This document shows positions 40,493-53,311 of a stretch of 64,000 nt of DNA, one piece after another. Source of the DNA: Eubacteriales bacterium (lineage in GTDB: Bacteria > Bacillota > Clostridia > Oscillospirales > CAG-272); contig JAZNZB010000081.1 of NCBI GenBank assembly GCA_045594705.1, positions 2,932 through 66,931 on the forward strand, in the 5' to 3' direction. The notes under the pieces were generated by a model. The model was not told the origin of the DNA and made no database searches. It was given only the letters and a program-made list of their open reading frames with translations. The translations under genes and the position numbers were made by a program. Position 1 is the stretch's first letter. Every line of letters starts with the position of its first letter.

Positions 40493-40810
40493 GTCAGAAT
40501 TGTGGAAAACTCACGCATTTTTTTCCACAGCGACACATATGTCGTACCAAAAATGCGAAACACCGGATTTTTGACAACTCAGAAATTGACTTTTCCACAT
40601 TTTATCCCTTGTCTCCAAACAGGCTTTTGCCAAGAAATTTACGGCAAAATTCTAAAAAAAATTCTTGCACTGCAAGGCAAAAATGACTTTTCCACATTTT
40701 GCACAGAAACTATTATTAAAACTACTGAATATTATTATCTCTCTATCTCTCTCGCGTGCACGCGAGATGCAATCAGATCAGCGAGATACACAAAAAAAAG
40801 GAGTGCTGTT
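40493..40810. other. Replication origin oriC (DnaA boxes plus DnaA-trio unwinding element)
   Basis: TTTTCCACA boxes at 40501 (reverse), 40521, 40591, 40688, tandem TTTTGCACA at 40697, then AT-rich trio-like run ACTATTATTAAAACTACTGAATATTATTAT; between dnaA and dnaN. Confidence 0.85.
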
Positions 40811-41947
40811 ATGAAAATCGTATTCAACCGCCAGGAAATCTGCAACGCCGTTGCACCTCTGATGTGCGCTGTATCCGGCAAATCTACGCTGACTGCCGTG
40901 GAGGGCATTCTGTTTGAAGCAAAAGAGGACAATACCTGCGTGCTGACCACGTTTGACCTTGAAAAGGGCGTTCGTATTGTGATCAATGCCGACGTTGAAG
41001 AGCCCGGCTGCTATATCATCAACGCACAGAAGTTTGTGCAGACCATTCGTGTCATGGAAGGTGAGACCGTAACTCTGACCGTCAACGAAAAGCTGGGCGC
41101 AGAGATCGTTTCCGCCAATTCTTCCCATAAAATGAACGCGCTTGCGGGTGCGGATTTTCCCGAGATTCCCAAGCTGACCTCGCAAAATACCTTTACGCTC
41201 AAGCAGAGCGTGCTCAAGGAAATGCTTTCCAAGGTCATGTACGCCATGGGCGTCAACGACCAGCGTCCCGTACTCAACGGTACACACTTCCGCATTACCG
41301 ACAACGTGCTCTACTTAGTATCCTGTGACTCCTTCAAGCTGGCAAAGTGCAATGTGACCACCGAGATCGAATCACAGGGCACGTCCGACTTCTCCTTCAT
41401 CATTCCCTGCAAAACGGTAAACGAGCTTTACAGAATGCTGGATAACGACGAGGAAGCAACCGTGACCGTTTACACCAGCCGTAAGAATATCGTGTTTGAT
41501 CTGGACAGCATGATCTTCTTCTCCCGTCTGATCGACGGCGATTATATTGATTATAACCGCATCATTATCACCACGCACCGTATCTCGGTTTGCGTGGACA
41601 GATCCGTTCTGATCGGTGCTCTGGAGCGCGCAGCACTTGTTACCGAGGAAAGAATTGCGGGCAGCGTGCGCTCTCACGTCAAGCTGACCGTGGCCGGTGA
41701 TTATCTCAAGATCTCGGCAACCTCTACCGCAGGCTCTACTTACGAGGAGCTTTACGTGGAGCACGAGGGCGACGATCTGGTCATTGCCTTCAATAACCGC
41801 TATCTGATCGACTCCTTGCGTGCCTGCACGGCAGACAGAATCAAGCTGAGCATGACCTCTCCCCTGTCCAGCATCAATATCGAGCCCGTAGAGCAGAGCG
41901 AGGACAAGGAGCTGTTTTTGTTGCTGCCTGTTCGTATGAAGGACTAA
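40811..41947 (+). CDS. dnaN: DNA polymerase III beta clamp
   Basis: RPVLNG, CDSFKLA, FFSRLIDG, IAFNNRYL, LLLPVR; ATG at 40811 after AGGAG. Confidence 0.96.
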   Translation: MKIVFNRQEICNAVAPLMCAVSGKSTLTAVEGILFEAKEDNTCVLTTFDLEKGVRIVINADVEEPGCYIINAQKFVQTIRVMEGETVTLTVNEKLGAEIVSANSSHKMNALAGADFPEIPKLTSQNTFTLKQSVLKEMLSKVMYAMGVNDQRPVLNGTHFRITDNVLYLVSCDSFKLAKCNVTTEIESQGTSDFSFIIPCKTVNELYRMLDNDEEATVTVYTSRKNIVFDLDSMIFFSRLIDGDYIDYNRIIITTHRISVCVDRSVLIGALERAALVTEERIAGSVRSHVKLTVAGDYLKISATSTAGSTYEELYVEHEGDDLVIAFNNRYLIDSLRACTADRIKLSMTSPLSSINIEPVEQSEDKELFLLLPVRMKD

Positions 41948-41954
41948 GACACTT

Positions 41955-43067
41955 ATGCAATGCAATCGCATAGAGGTCACCGATTTCCGTAATATCGAGC
42001 ATGCAGAGGTAGCATTCGACGGCGGAGTCAACGTGCTTGTGGGCGACAATGCCCAGGGAAAGACCAATTTGCTTGAAGCCATTTATCTCTGTGCGCTGGG
42101 AAAGACCTTTCGCGCAGCGAAGGATACTGAGCTTGTGCGATTCGGCCGTGAGGAATGCAGCATTGTGCAGCATTTTTCCGACAGTGCAAGAGAGCAGGTC
42201 ATTGAAATGCAGCTTGGTACCAAGGCGCGCAGGCGTGTGTATCATAACGGTGTCAGCCTTGCGCGTACCAGTCAACTGCTCGGAAATTTCCGCGTCGTAC
42301 TCTTTTGCCCCGAGCACCTCTCCTTGGTCAAGGACGGACCTGCCGAGAGACGCAATTTTTTAGACGTGGCCATCTCGCAGCTGCACCCCGCCTATATCCG
42401 CTCACTGCAGAAATACAATCAGCTGCTCAAGCAAAGAAACAGCCTCTTAAAGCTTGCCGAAACAGACCGCAAGACCTTTGACGATACGGTGGAGCTGTGG
42501 AGCGCGCAGCTGGCGCATGAGGCAGCATATATTGCGTCGGTCAGATACGAATACGTCAAAAAGCTCAACGTACACGTGGGTGAATTTTTCACCGGAATGT
42601 CGGGCGAGCGCGAGTCGGTATGCGTCAGATATATGGGTAAGGCGCACGTGGAAGAGGATATGTATGCGGACAAGGAATATTGCGAGCGTGCTTATATGAA
42701 TCTTTATATGTCGCACCACGACCGAGAAATTGCCGCAGGAAGCACTTTGTGGGGCATTCACAGAGATGACCTCGAAATTGAGCTTAACGGCAAATACGCG
42801 CGAATTTTTGCCTCTCAGGGGCAACAAAGATCGATCGCTCTTGCCATGAAAATGGCAGAGGGCGAAATTTCCCGGGAAAATTGCGGACAGGAATATCCCG
42901 TATTCTTGTTTGATGACGTGCTTTCCGAGCTGGATGCCGGACGCCGCGCTTACCTGCTTGGTGAGATCCGTGACCGTCAGGTGATCATGACCTCATGCGA
43001 GAGTGATCTTGTGGGCGCAAAGAATACCGTTTACGTGAAGCAAGGTACTTACGAAAGAAGAAATTAA
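41955..43067 (+). CDS. recF: DNA replication/repair protein RecF
   Basis: GDNAQGKTNLLEAI, SQGQQRS, DDVLSELD. Confidence 0.97.
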   Translation: MQCNRIEVTDFRNIEHAEVAFDGGVNVLVGDNAQGKTNLLEAIYLCALGKTFRAAKDTELVRFGREECSIVQHFSDSAREQVIEMQLGTKARRRVYHNGVSLARTSQLLGNFRVVLFCPEHLSLVKDGPAERRNFLDVAISQLHPAYIRSLQKYNQLLKQRNSLLKLAETDRKTFDDTVELWSAQLAHEAAYIASVRYEYVKKLNVHVGEFFTGMSGERESVCVRYMGKAHVEEDMYADKEYCERAYMNLYMSHHDREIAAGSTLWGIHRDDLEIELNGKYARIFASQGQQRSIALAMKMAEGEISRENCGQEYPVFLFDDVLSELDAGRRAYLLGEIRDRQVIMTSCESDLVGAKNTVYVKQGTYERRN

Positions 43068-43072
43068 ATATT

Positions 43073-43333
43073 ATGTTTTTACACGTTGGAAACAACAAAA
43101 ATATCCGAAGCCGTGATATCATCGGCATTTTTGATACAGATAACGCCACACTTTCTGCTGTGACAAGACAGTATCTGAGCCGTGCGGAGAAGCAAGGACT
43201 TGTGGATTCGGCGCGCGAGGAGATCCCGAAATCCTTTGTGCTTTATCGCACCAAGGACGGTTGCAAGATCTGTTTTTCTCAGCTTTCGGCAACCGCACTC
43301 TCCGGCAGAATGAGCGACCCGTCCAGCTTATAA
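43073..43333 (+). CDS. remB: DUF370/RemB (YaaB)-family protein
   Basis: MFLHVG...IIGIFD...PKSFV...SQLS; between recF and gyrB. Confidence 0.85.
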   Translation: MFLHVGNNKNIRSRDIIGIFDTDNATLSAVTRQYLSRAEKQGLVDSAREEIPKSFVLYRTKDGCKICFSQLSATALSGRMSDPSSL

Positions 43334-43338
43334 ATTGA

Positions 43339-45344
<2,006 letters not shown>

Positions 45345-45345
<1 letters not shown>

Positions 45346-46331
45346 TGCAAGAAAATTTACAACGCATGATCCCGGGCAAGCCCATGGGGCGAGTATTGGC
45401 GCTTTGCCTGCATCCCGCACTGGACGTCACGGTTCATACCGGCCACGGACGCGAAATTATGCGTTATGAGCACCTTGGCGGAAAGGCGATCAATCTTGCC
45501 CGCATGCTGCACGCTTTGGGTGCAGAGGTCATTTTAATTGCCCCGAATGACCGCGAAGGACGGACAGGCTCTTTGCTGGGAGAATGCGGCTTTGATTGCG
45601 AGCTTGTTGACACCGATCTCTCACTGCGTCAGAATGACAAGTACGTTGACGCAGACGGATCGATGCGCGAGCAAAACGGCAGCGCGGGAACACTTTCTCC
45701 ACAGCAATTTCAACAGCTTTTAAACAGAGTTATGCACATTTGTCGTACACGACAAATTTCGCACCTTGCCCTGTGCGGAAGTTTTCCACAGGGTGTGGAA
45801 AAGGCTGTTTATAAGTCTTTGATTCATGCAGCAAATGCGCTGAATATTTCTTGTGTGACAGATGCATCGGGTGACCCCCTTTCCCTTGCAATACAAGCAA
45901 AACCGCTGCTGATCAAACCGAATTTACAGGAATTTTCTTTGTTTACATCGCAAGATATTTCCATGTTGAAAACTTCCGATCAGCTCGAAAAAGCAATTTT
46001 TGAGGCATATTGTGACACAGGTGTGCAAATTCTTTGCTCCATGGACAAAAACGGCTCGATCTATGCGGGACCCGAAGGTATTTTTACGGTTAAGAGCCCT
46101 GTGGTCGAGCAAGTCTGTTCCTTTGCGGGCGCGGGAGACACCATGCTTGCAAGCTTTATCTATGCAAGGTTTTTGTGCTGTGCAGATATTGAGGACAGCC
46201 TGCGCTTTGCTTCGGCTGCTGCAACCGCAAAGGTGAAATTGCCGGCAAATATACTGCCGAATGATGATCAGATCTATACCGAATGGATCAAAACAGAGAT
46301 TAGCCGTTCGGCTAAGAAAGGCGGAGCATGA
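45345..46331 (+). CDS. PfkB-family carbohydrate kinase (1-phosphofructokinase-like, divergent)
   Basis: GGKAINLAR, IKPN..E, GAGD motifs; ATG overlaps the gyrB stop. Confidence 0.82.
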
Positions 46332-47191
46332 AATATATCAAAAATAAAATATTCCTTGTGTCGCTGACTCTGGCCTTGTGTCTGGTTATCATCTTTTCGG
46401 TATTTTACGTCATGGGAATTCAGAATCTTCCCGCATCCATGGTTCAGGCGGCGATGAAGCCCTTTCAGAACATGTTTACGAATCTCTCGCAGGCCTTTGA
46501 CGGATATGCCATCTATTTTTCCAACGTAAAGCAGCTTTATGAGCAAAATAAGGTTCTGCAGGACAGAGTTGAACAGCTGGAAAACCAACTCAACGATGCT
46601 CAGCTTGCTATTAATGAAAATAACGCCTTACGCGAATATCTCGGTATCAGAGACAGATACGAATCCTTTCACGCAGTAGGCGCACAGGTCCTTGGCCGCA
46701 GCGACGGCACCTACCTGCAGTACATGACACTCAATAAGGGCTCTTCCTCGGGGATTCGCGAGAATATGCCGGTCATTACGCAAAACGGCCTTGTGGGCTA
46801 CGTTTGTGACGTCAGTGTCAATTCCTGTCGCGTCAGCACCATTCTCCAATACGATACCGGAGTGGGCGTCTACGTGGAGCGCACGGGAGACGTCGGTCTT
46901 TCCGACTGTCCCTACTCTATGGGAGAGCAAGGACTTTTACGAGTCATTTATCTGCCGGAGGATGCCATGCTCCAGATCGGTGACCGCATTGTCACAGGTG
47001 ACGTTGGTGATATTTACCCCTCCGGATTGACCGTAGGTCACGTCATTGAGATCATGCCCGACGTTTATAATCGCACGTTGACCGCGACCATCAAGCCCGC
47101 TGTGGATTTTGATACGCTGGATCAGGTTTACGTGATCACAGGATTTGCGGAAAAACAAACAGAGAATACGACTGAGGCGGTGGAACCATGA
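46328..47191 (+). CDS. mreC: Rod shape-determining protein MreC
   Basis: N-terminal TM and coiled coil (ENNALR..L), NKGS..GI..NMPVI...GLVG, IYP.GL.VG, PAVDF. Confidence 0.93.
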   Translation: MKYIKNKIFLVSLTLALCLVIIFSVFYVMGIQNLPASMVQAAMKPFQNMFTNLSQAFDGYAIYFSNVKQLYEQNKVLQDRVEQLENQLNDAQLAINENNALREYLGIRDRYESFHAVGAQVLGRSDGTYLQYMTLNKGSSSGIRENMPVITQNGLVGYVCDVSVNSCRVSTILQYDTGVGVYVERTGDVGLSDCPYSMGEQGLLRVIYLPEDAMLQIGDRIVTGDVGDIYPSGLTVGHVIEIMPDVYNRTLTATIKPAVDFDTLDQVYVITGFAEKQTENTTEAVEP

Positions 47192-47733
47192 AGCAAAGAT
47201 TTGCTCTACACGCCATAAGCATTCTTTGCTGCACTGTCTGCTGTCTTTTTGCCTGTGCCGCACAAACCTCATTCTTGCCGCATTTCATTGACGATACTTA
47301 TTTTGTGTGCGATCTGCTCCTGGCCCTCACGCTTACCGTGGGCATATTGGCAGGACAGGCATATGGTGCATTTTTCGGCATTTTCGCAGGTATTTTAGCG
47401 GACAGCACGGGTGGATTCGGCATCAGTCTCCTGCCCCTGTTCTATATGCTTTGCGGCTATTTTGTGGCAGTGTGTGCCGAGCTGATCCCCACCAAAAAAT
47501 TTCCCGTATATCTTGCTTTTGGCGCGATTTCTGCCATAGGTCGTGCTCTTGTATCCATGATATACGTCATGCTTTCAAGCGGCTCCTTACCGATTTTGGA
47601 CGTAGCACGCTACGTCTGCCTGCCTATCATATCAGGCACAATGATCGCATTGCCGATCATTTATCCGATTGGGTTGCTTATCACAATTCCGCTAAGAAAA
47701 ATCAAACAACATTCGATAGATAAAATAATGTAA
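47188..47733 (+). CDS. mreD: Rod shape-determining protein MreD
   Basis: Hydrophobic; DLLL...GA.FG...G.L.D pattern; ATGA overlap with mreC. Confidence 0.8.
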   Translation: MKQRFALHAISILCCTVCCLFACAAQTSFLPHFIDDTYFVCDLLLALTLTVGILAGQAYGAFFGIFAGILADSTGGFGISLLPLFYMLCGYFVAVCAELIPTKKFPVYLAFGAISAIGRALVSMIYVMLSSGSLPILDVARYVCLPIISGTMIALPIIYPIGLLITIPLRKIKQHSIDKIM

Positions 47734-47747
47734 GAAGGTACAAAAAA

Positions 47748-50423
47748 GTGATCAGAAAAGACAAACGAGATCAGGAATATGAAAATATTCTGTTTGACCA
47801 ACAAAAAATCGTAGACGTCGGTATGGATAAGGAGGTAAAGAAATCCTTTATCGAATATTCCATGTCGGTTATCATTTCGCGCGCTCTGCCCGATGTCAGA
47901 GACGGTCTGAAGCCCGGTCAGCGCCGCGTTCTGTATGCAATGTATGAGGATCATGCCACGCACGACAGACCTACGCAGAAGTCTGCTAAGACTGTCGGTA
48001 ACGTGCTGGGCCGTTATCACCCCCACGGTGACTCCTCGGTTTACGGCACGCTGGTTCGTATGGCTCAGCCCTTCTCGCTGCGCTATCCCTTAATCGAGGG
48101 TAGCGGTAACTTCGGTAGCGTGGACGGTGACCCCCCTGCAGCATACCGTTATACCGAGGCACGCCTTGATAAGATCTCTGACGAAATGCTCAAGGATCTT
48201 GACAAGGACGTTGTACTCATGGTGCCCAACTACGATAACCGTTTGCGTGAGCCCAGCGTGCTCCCTGCGCGCTTCCCCAACCTTCTTGTCAATGGCTCTG
48301 TGGGTATCGCGGTCGGTATGGCGACCAACATTCCCCCTCACAATCTTTCCGAGACCATTGATGCCACCATCCACCGCATTCACAATCCCGAATGCTCGAT
48401 TGAGGAGCTGATGCAGTTCATCAAGGGCCCCGACTTCCCCACCTACGGCACCATTTACGGTACCAACGGCATCAAGGAGGCATACCTGACCGGTAAGGGC
48501 AAGATCCAGGTACGTGCTAAGGCTGAGATCGACGAGGAAAACCGCCGTATCATTATCACCGAGATTCCCTACATGGTCAACAAGAGCCAGCTTTGCGAGG
48601 CGATTGCCAACCTTGTCAAGGATAAGAGAGTGGAAGGCATTACCGATATGCGTGACGAATCCGGCCGTAACGGCATGAGAATCGTCATTGAATACAAGCG
48701 TGATGCAAACGGTCAGATCATCTTAAATCAGCTCTACAAGTATTCTCAGCTGCAGGATACCTGCTCGATCAACATGCTGGCCATTGTGGGCAACGAGCCT
48801 AAGACCTTAAATCTTTCCCAGATGCTGGATCACTATATCCATCATCAGGAGTCTGTCATCACCCGCCGTACCCAGCACGAGCTGGATGCCGCTTTGCGTG
48901 AGGCACATATTTACGAGGGCTACAAGCTGGCGATCGACAATCTGGACGAGGTCATTAACATCATCCGTGCGTCCGAGGATCAGCCCACCGCCAAGAAAAA
49001 TCTGATGGCACGCTTTAACGGAGAGCAGACTGACGACGGCTCGGCTGCTGCGCTCAATCTGGAGGCATTTGCTATGGCAGAGGACGCGCACCTTTCCGAG
49101 GAGCAGGCACAGGCCATCGTTTCCATGACGCTGGGTCGTCTTTGCGGCCTGGAGCGCAAGAAGATTGAGGAAAAGCTGGCAGCTCTGAACGCTGCAATCG
49201 TGGAATACAGAGCAATTCTGGGTGACATCAACCGTATTCGCTCTATCATTTGCGATGAAATGTCCGAGATCAAGCGCAAGTTTGGTGACGAGCGTCGCAC
49301 CAGAATTGAGGAATCCGAGGACGATATCGTGCTGGAGGATCTGATTGAAAAGCACGATTGCGTCATTACCCTGACGCACGGCGGCTACATCAAGCGTCAG
49401 CCCGCGTCCGAATATACCGCACAAAATCGCGGCGGCATGGGTAAGGCTGCGCTGACCACCAAGGAAGAGGACTTTATCGAAAAGGTGGTCGTGGTGCACT
49501 CGCACTCCAATCTCATGCTGTTTACTAACCTCGGTCGCGTACAAATGCTGCGTGCATTCATGATCCCCGAGGCCTCCAGAACTGCCAAGGGCACGCATAT
49601 CAACAACGTGCTGGAGCTCTCCGAGGGTGAAAAGATCACGGCAATGATCTCGATCCATGAGTTTGCCGAGGGCGAATATCTGACCATGGTGACCAAGTAC
49701 GGTATCATCAAGAGAACGCTTTTGACCGAGTACGCACATCACCGCAAGGGCGGTAAGATCGCGCTTGCTCTCAAGGAGGGCGACGAGCTGGTATTTGTCA
49801 CCCACACCTACGGCTATCCCACCGACCTGATGATTGCCACCAGACAAGGTAGCGCAGTCAGATTTACCGTGGACGACGAGTCTGTCCGTCCCATGGGCAG
49901 AACTGCGACCGGTGTGCGCGGTATCAAGCTGCGCGGCGACGACTACGTTGTGGGCGTTGCAAGTGTGATGGAAGGCAAATCGCTGATCACCATTACCGAA
50001 AAAGGTTACGGCAAGCGTACTGACTTTGACGACTTCCGTCAGATGAAGCACCGTGGCGGTCATGGCGTTTCCTGCCATGCTCTGTCCGACAAGACGGGTC
50101 TGCTCTCCGGTATCAATATCGTGGACGATAACGACGACGTGATGATCATTACCGATGCAGGTACCATGATCCGTACCTCGGCTGCAAATATCCCCACTTA
50201 TTCCAGAAGTGCGGGCGGCGTTCGCGTCATGAGACTTGCAGAGGGCCAGAAGATCGTCAACTTCACAAAGCTTGCGCGTCAGGACGAGCTGGAAGAGGTT
50301 GTAAGCGAAAGCGAGGCTCTGCCCGAGGATCAGATCCCCGAGACAGAAACGCTTGCAGAGGTTGAAAATATCGACGCAGAGGCTGAGATCGAGCAAACCG
50401 AGCAGGATACAGAGCAAGAATAA
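47748..50423 (+). CDS. gyrA: DNA gyrase subunit A
   Basis: [25 protein letters not shown], GyrA-box-like QNRGGMG; GTG start. Confidence 0.97.
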   Translation: MIRKDKRDQEYENILFDQQKIVDVGMDKEVKKSFIEYSMSVIISRALPDVRDGLKPGQRRVLYAMYEDHATHDRPTQKSAKTVGNVLGRYHPHGDSSVYGTLVRMAQPFSLRYPLIEGSGNFGSVDGDPPAAYRYTEARLDKISDEMLKDLDKDVVLMVPNYDNRLREPSVLPARFPNLLVNGSVGIAVGMATNIPPHNLSETIDATIHRIHNPECSIEELMQFIKGPDFPTYGTIYGTNGIKEAYLTGKGKIQVRAKAEIDEENRRIIITEIPYMVNKSQLCEAIANLVKDKRVEGITDMRDESGRNGMRIVIEYKRDANGQIILNQLYKYSQLQDTCSINMLAIVGNEPKTLNLSQMLDHYIHHQESVITRRTQHELDAALREAHIYEGYKLAIDNLDEVINIIRASEDQPTAKKNLMARFNGEQTDDGSAAALNLEAFAMAEDAHLSEEQAQAIVSMTLGRLCGLERKKIEEKLAALNAAIVEYRAILGDINRIRSIICDEMSEIKRKFGDERRTRIEESEDDIVLEDLIEKHDCVITLTHGGYIKRQPASEYTAQNRGGMGKAALTTKEEDFIEKVVVVHSHSNLMLFTNLGRVQMLRAFMIPEASRTAKGTHINNVLELSEGEKITAMISIHEFAEGEYLTMVTKYGIIKRTLLTEYAHHRKGGKIALALKEGDELVFVTHTYGYPTDLMIATRQGSAVRFTVDDESVRPMGRTATGVRGIKLRGDDYVVGVASVMEGKSLITITEKGYGKRTDFDDFRQMKHRGGHGVSCHALSDKTGLLSGINIVDDNDDVMIITDAGTMIRTSAANIPTYSRSAGGVRVMRLAEGQKIVNFTKLARQDELEEVVSESEALPEDQIPETETLAEVENIDAEAEIEQTEQDTEQE

Positions 50424-50438
50424 ATCCTTTATAAAACA

Positions 50439-50511
50439 AAAGAAAACCCTTGTAAAAGGGTTTTCTTTTTTATGCATAAGCTCAAAAAAGGGCTCTCCCG
50501 AAGGAGAGCCC
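50439..50511. terminator. Two convergent intrinsic terminators (gyrA and lipoprotein gene)
   Basis: AAGAAAACCCTT-gtaa-AAGGGTTTTCTTTTTT and AAAAAAGGGCTCTCC-cgaa-GGAGAGCCC. Confidence 0.8.
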
Positions 50512-50542
50512 AAATTTTAGCTTATGATCTTTGATTCAAAGA

Positions 50543-53056
50543 TTACTGAGCTGCGGGATAATCAACCCACTCTACAACGTACTGGGAAACGCCAACGTTA
50601 GCAGCGTTATCACCGGTGATGTAGTAGGTGCTGGAGCAGCCAATGGTGGTGAAATCATTGTAGGTGCCCAGATAATAGTTGGTTTCCTCAAAGTTGATAA
50701 CGTAGGTGTTAGCCTCTTCGTCAAATACATAGTAGAACTGGGGATCAGTGGTCAGGCAAACGCGAACCTTGTTACTGTCGTTCTTGTGGATCTCGATGTA
50801 GTTCTTAACGCCGTCAACCAGAACGTACTGTCTCAGACCGTTCTCGGAAGTCTCAACGTAAACCTTTGCAGCAGCAGCTGCGTCGGTGGAGGTAGCGAGG
50901 TAATCGCCAGCCATTTCGCCGGTGAAGTACAGGGTCTCGCCGGTCTTAGCCTGAACCATCTGGAGAGCGTAGAAGGGATCCTCAGCGGGAGCTTCGGGTT
51001 CTTCCTCAACGATGCCGTAGTAAGCGTTAGCGGAAACAACGGTATCGAACAGGATGATCTCAGCGATGTCGATGGAGCCTGCAGAGCCAGCGAAGAAGTC
51101 GTAACGCAGGTAGTTAACCTTGCCTGCAGCATTCAGATAAGAAGCGATGTCGAGAACGATAACGTGCCATTCGCCGTCATTGATGTACTCGAACTTTACT
51201 TCGTCAGCGCCGCCAGTGATAGAGCCGGAGCCTACGAAGAACTCGCCGTCGAATTCCTCACCGCCGTCAACGGTGGTGCGGTACTTCAGAGTGATAGCGC
51301 CAACGCCTTCGATGTTAGCGCCGCCGGTCAGTACCCAGAAGTAGGGGTCGCCGCCGGGGGTGGTGATGGTAACGTAGCTGCCATCCTCGCTCAGAACTGC
51401 GGATTCAATGTTGTTGTTGCCAATACCGCCATTGTTAGCCTGGCCTGCAAGGTATTCAGCATTACCTTCAGCTACGGGAGGCTTGGGCTCTGCGGGGGGA
51501 GTTACGACTACGGGAACAGCAAGCTTAACGGAAGAACCGTAAGTGCCTTCCTTGAGTGTGCCTGCTACGTAGGTCTCTACGCCGGGAACCAGAATTTCGT
51601 CAGCAGCCCAACCGGTGAACTGTGCGGAACCGGTCAGGTACTCGATTTCGTAGTAAACGTCGCCGGTGATCAGCTTTTCAAAGGGAATTTCAACAACAAA
51701 GCTGGTGTTGTCGGGATGGTTCTCGCCGGTCAGCTCGAACAGAACAGTACCTGCAACGGTGGTTTCATAGTCAGTGTTCCAAGCCCAAACCTTGAAGGAC
51801 CAGGTGTTGACGTTGCCGTCAGCGTAGGTAGCCATATCCTTAACGGTTACGCCGGTCAGGTAGTTGTTGCCGAGGGGCAGCTTCTGACCGAACTTCTTTT
51901 CGCCGCTGTAGGGGCCGCCGGAAGTACGGATACCGAGATCAACGGTAGCTTCGTTGCACTCGGGAACGATCTGGAGATAGAAGGAGTAGAACTGAGCATA
52001 GGTGCCGTCTTCGAGCTTAGCGATAACGCCTACGGGATATACGCCTGCGGGAAGGTCAGCGATGGAAACGGTCATGTTGTAGCCAGAGCCGTTTACAATA
52101 CCTGCAGTTGCCAGGTCAGGACGGTCCTGAGCGTAAGCAGCGTCGGTAATGATCTCAACCTGCTTGCCAATGTAATAACCGTACTCAACAGCGGGAGCTG
52201 CAGCAAATGCTGCCCAACCTCTCATGCCGATGGATTCCTTAGCATCGGTGGGCATAACAACAACGGTGTTGTTCTTAGCCTGCATCTCTGCAACAACACT
52301 GCCCTCGGTAACGTATGCGTTGCCGTTCAAGGATACGTTATCGATAGAGAAGTTAGAATGAGCGTTTTCAACGTAAGGCATGGTCTTGGTAACCTTGAAT
52401 TCCTTGATAACTTCTTCGTTACCGTTGGGATCCTTAGCAACCAGAGCGAAGGTGTATTCGCCTGCCTTGAGATCAGCAGTGGGAATGTCGAACTTCATTC
52501 TGCATGCGGACAGAGCGCCGGGAACGTTGTTCTTGATGTGAGTCTGAACGCCTTCCTCAGCGGTGAAGGTGAATGCTTCGTTGTAGATAACGTCGCCGCC
52601 GTTGATGGAGTAACCAACGGTGCCTTCGGTCTCAGTTGCGTATGCGATCCAACCCCAAACGCGCAGAGCCTCGGTGGTGTGGTCGATGTCAACAACTGCA
52701 TTGGTTTCCCAAGTCAAGTAAGCGGTGCCATCGCCGAAAACAGCGTCAGCTTCATAACCGTCAACAACCTTGTACATGGAGTCCCAAGACTTCGCGATGA
52801 CAACCTTAACGGGGTCAACGGTGGGTTGGGTGCTGTCTTCGGGAGTGGTCTCCTCGGGAGTCGTAGCCTCAGGAGTGGTCTCTTCGGGAGTGGTAGCTTC
52901 GGGAGTGGTCTCTTCGGGCGTGGTAGCCTCGGGAGTGGTCACTTCGGGAGTGGTCACTTCGGGAGTGGTTTCTTCGGGATTGTCATTGTTGTTGCAAGCA
53001 ACCAGAACAACCGAGAGAACCATGCAAAGTGCCAGAATAACGAGTAACTTTTTCAT
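50543..53056 (-). CDS. Large modular surface lipoprotein A (PExTT linker, two Ig-like domains, one 'DPY' domain)
   Basis: Lipobox LVAC; beta-rich acidic body; strong preference for TAC/AAC/TTC/GCT codons suggests high expression. Confidence 0.85.
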   Translation of the reverse strand: MKKLLVILALCMVLSVVLVACNNNDNPEETTPEVTTPEVTTPEATTPEETTPEATTPEETTPEATTPEETTPEDSTQPTVDPVKVVIAKSWDSMYKVVDGYEADAVFGDGTAYLTWETNAVVDIDHTTEALRVWGWIAYATETEGTVGYSINGGDVIYNEAFTFTAEEGVQTHIKNNVPGALSACRMKFDIPTADLKAGEYTFALVAKDPNGNEEVIKEFKVTKTMPYVENAHSNFSIDNVSLNGNAYVTEGSVVAEMQAKNNTVVVMPTDAKESIGMRGWAAFAAAPAVEYGYYIGKQVEIITDAAYAQDRPDLATAGIVNGSGYNMTVSIADLPAGVYPVGVIAKLEDGTYAQFYSFYLQIVPECNEATVDLGIRTSGGPYSGEKKFGQKLPLGNNYLTGVTVKDMATYADGNVNTWSFKVWAWNTDYETTVAGTVLFELTGENHPDNTSFVVEIPFEKLITGDVYYEIEYLTGSAQFTGWAADEILVPGVETYVAGTLKEGTYGSSVKLAVPVVVTPPAEPKPPVAEGNAEYLAGQANNGGIGNNNIESAVLSEDGSYVTITTPGGDPYFWVLTGGANIEGVGAITLKYRTTVDGGEEFDGEFFVGSGSITGGADEVKFEYINDGEWHVIVLDIASYLNAAGKVNYLRYDFFAGSAGSIDIAEIILFDTVVSANAYYGIVEEEPEAPAEDPFYALQMVQAKTGETLYFTGEMAGDYLATSTDAAAAAKVYVETSENGLRQYVLVDGVKNYIEIHKNDSNKVRVCLTTDPQFYYVFDEEANTYVINFEETNYYLGTYNDFTTIGCSSTYYITGDNAANVGVSQYVVEWVDYPAAQ
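52844..52978 (-). repeat. Nine tandem 15-bp units encoding PE[EVA]TT
   Basis: Direct reading of the sequence. Confidence 0.95.
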
Positions 53057-53243
53057 GATCTTTTTCCTTTCATGAAGATAATTTTACCTACGCTTAGGAT
53101 AGGCATACCATATTTTATCACAAAGAAAATGAATTTGCAACAAATTTTTGGAAAATTGTACAGTCAATACAGCAAAATAGGCGAAATATACAATCATATC
53201 AAATAAAAATTAGGCACTATTACTATTGATTTCCGGTGAAAGC

Positions 53244-53272
53244 AAAAAAGCAGCCGCCCATGCGGGCGGCTG
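53244..53272 (-). terminator. Terminator of lipoprotein B
   Basis: AAAAAAGCAGCCGCCC-atgc-GGGCGGCTGC. Confidence 0.8.
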
Positions 53273-53311
53273 CCGAAAATCATTGATTTTTTGACTGATT
53301 CAAAGCTTGAA

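Noticed and set aside
40502..40810. 103-aa N-terminal extension of dnaN in the ORF track
   Set aside because: It runs through oriC; DnaN similarity and the RBS support the start at 40811.
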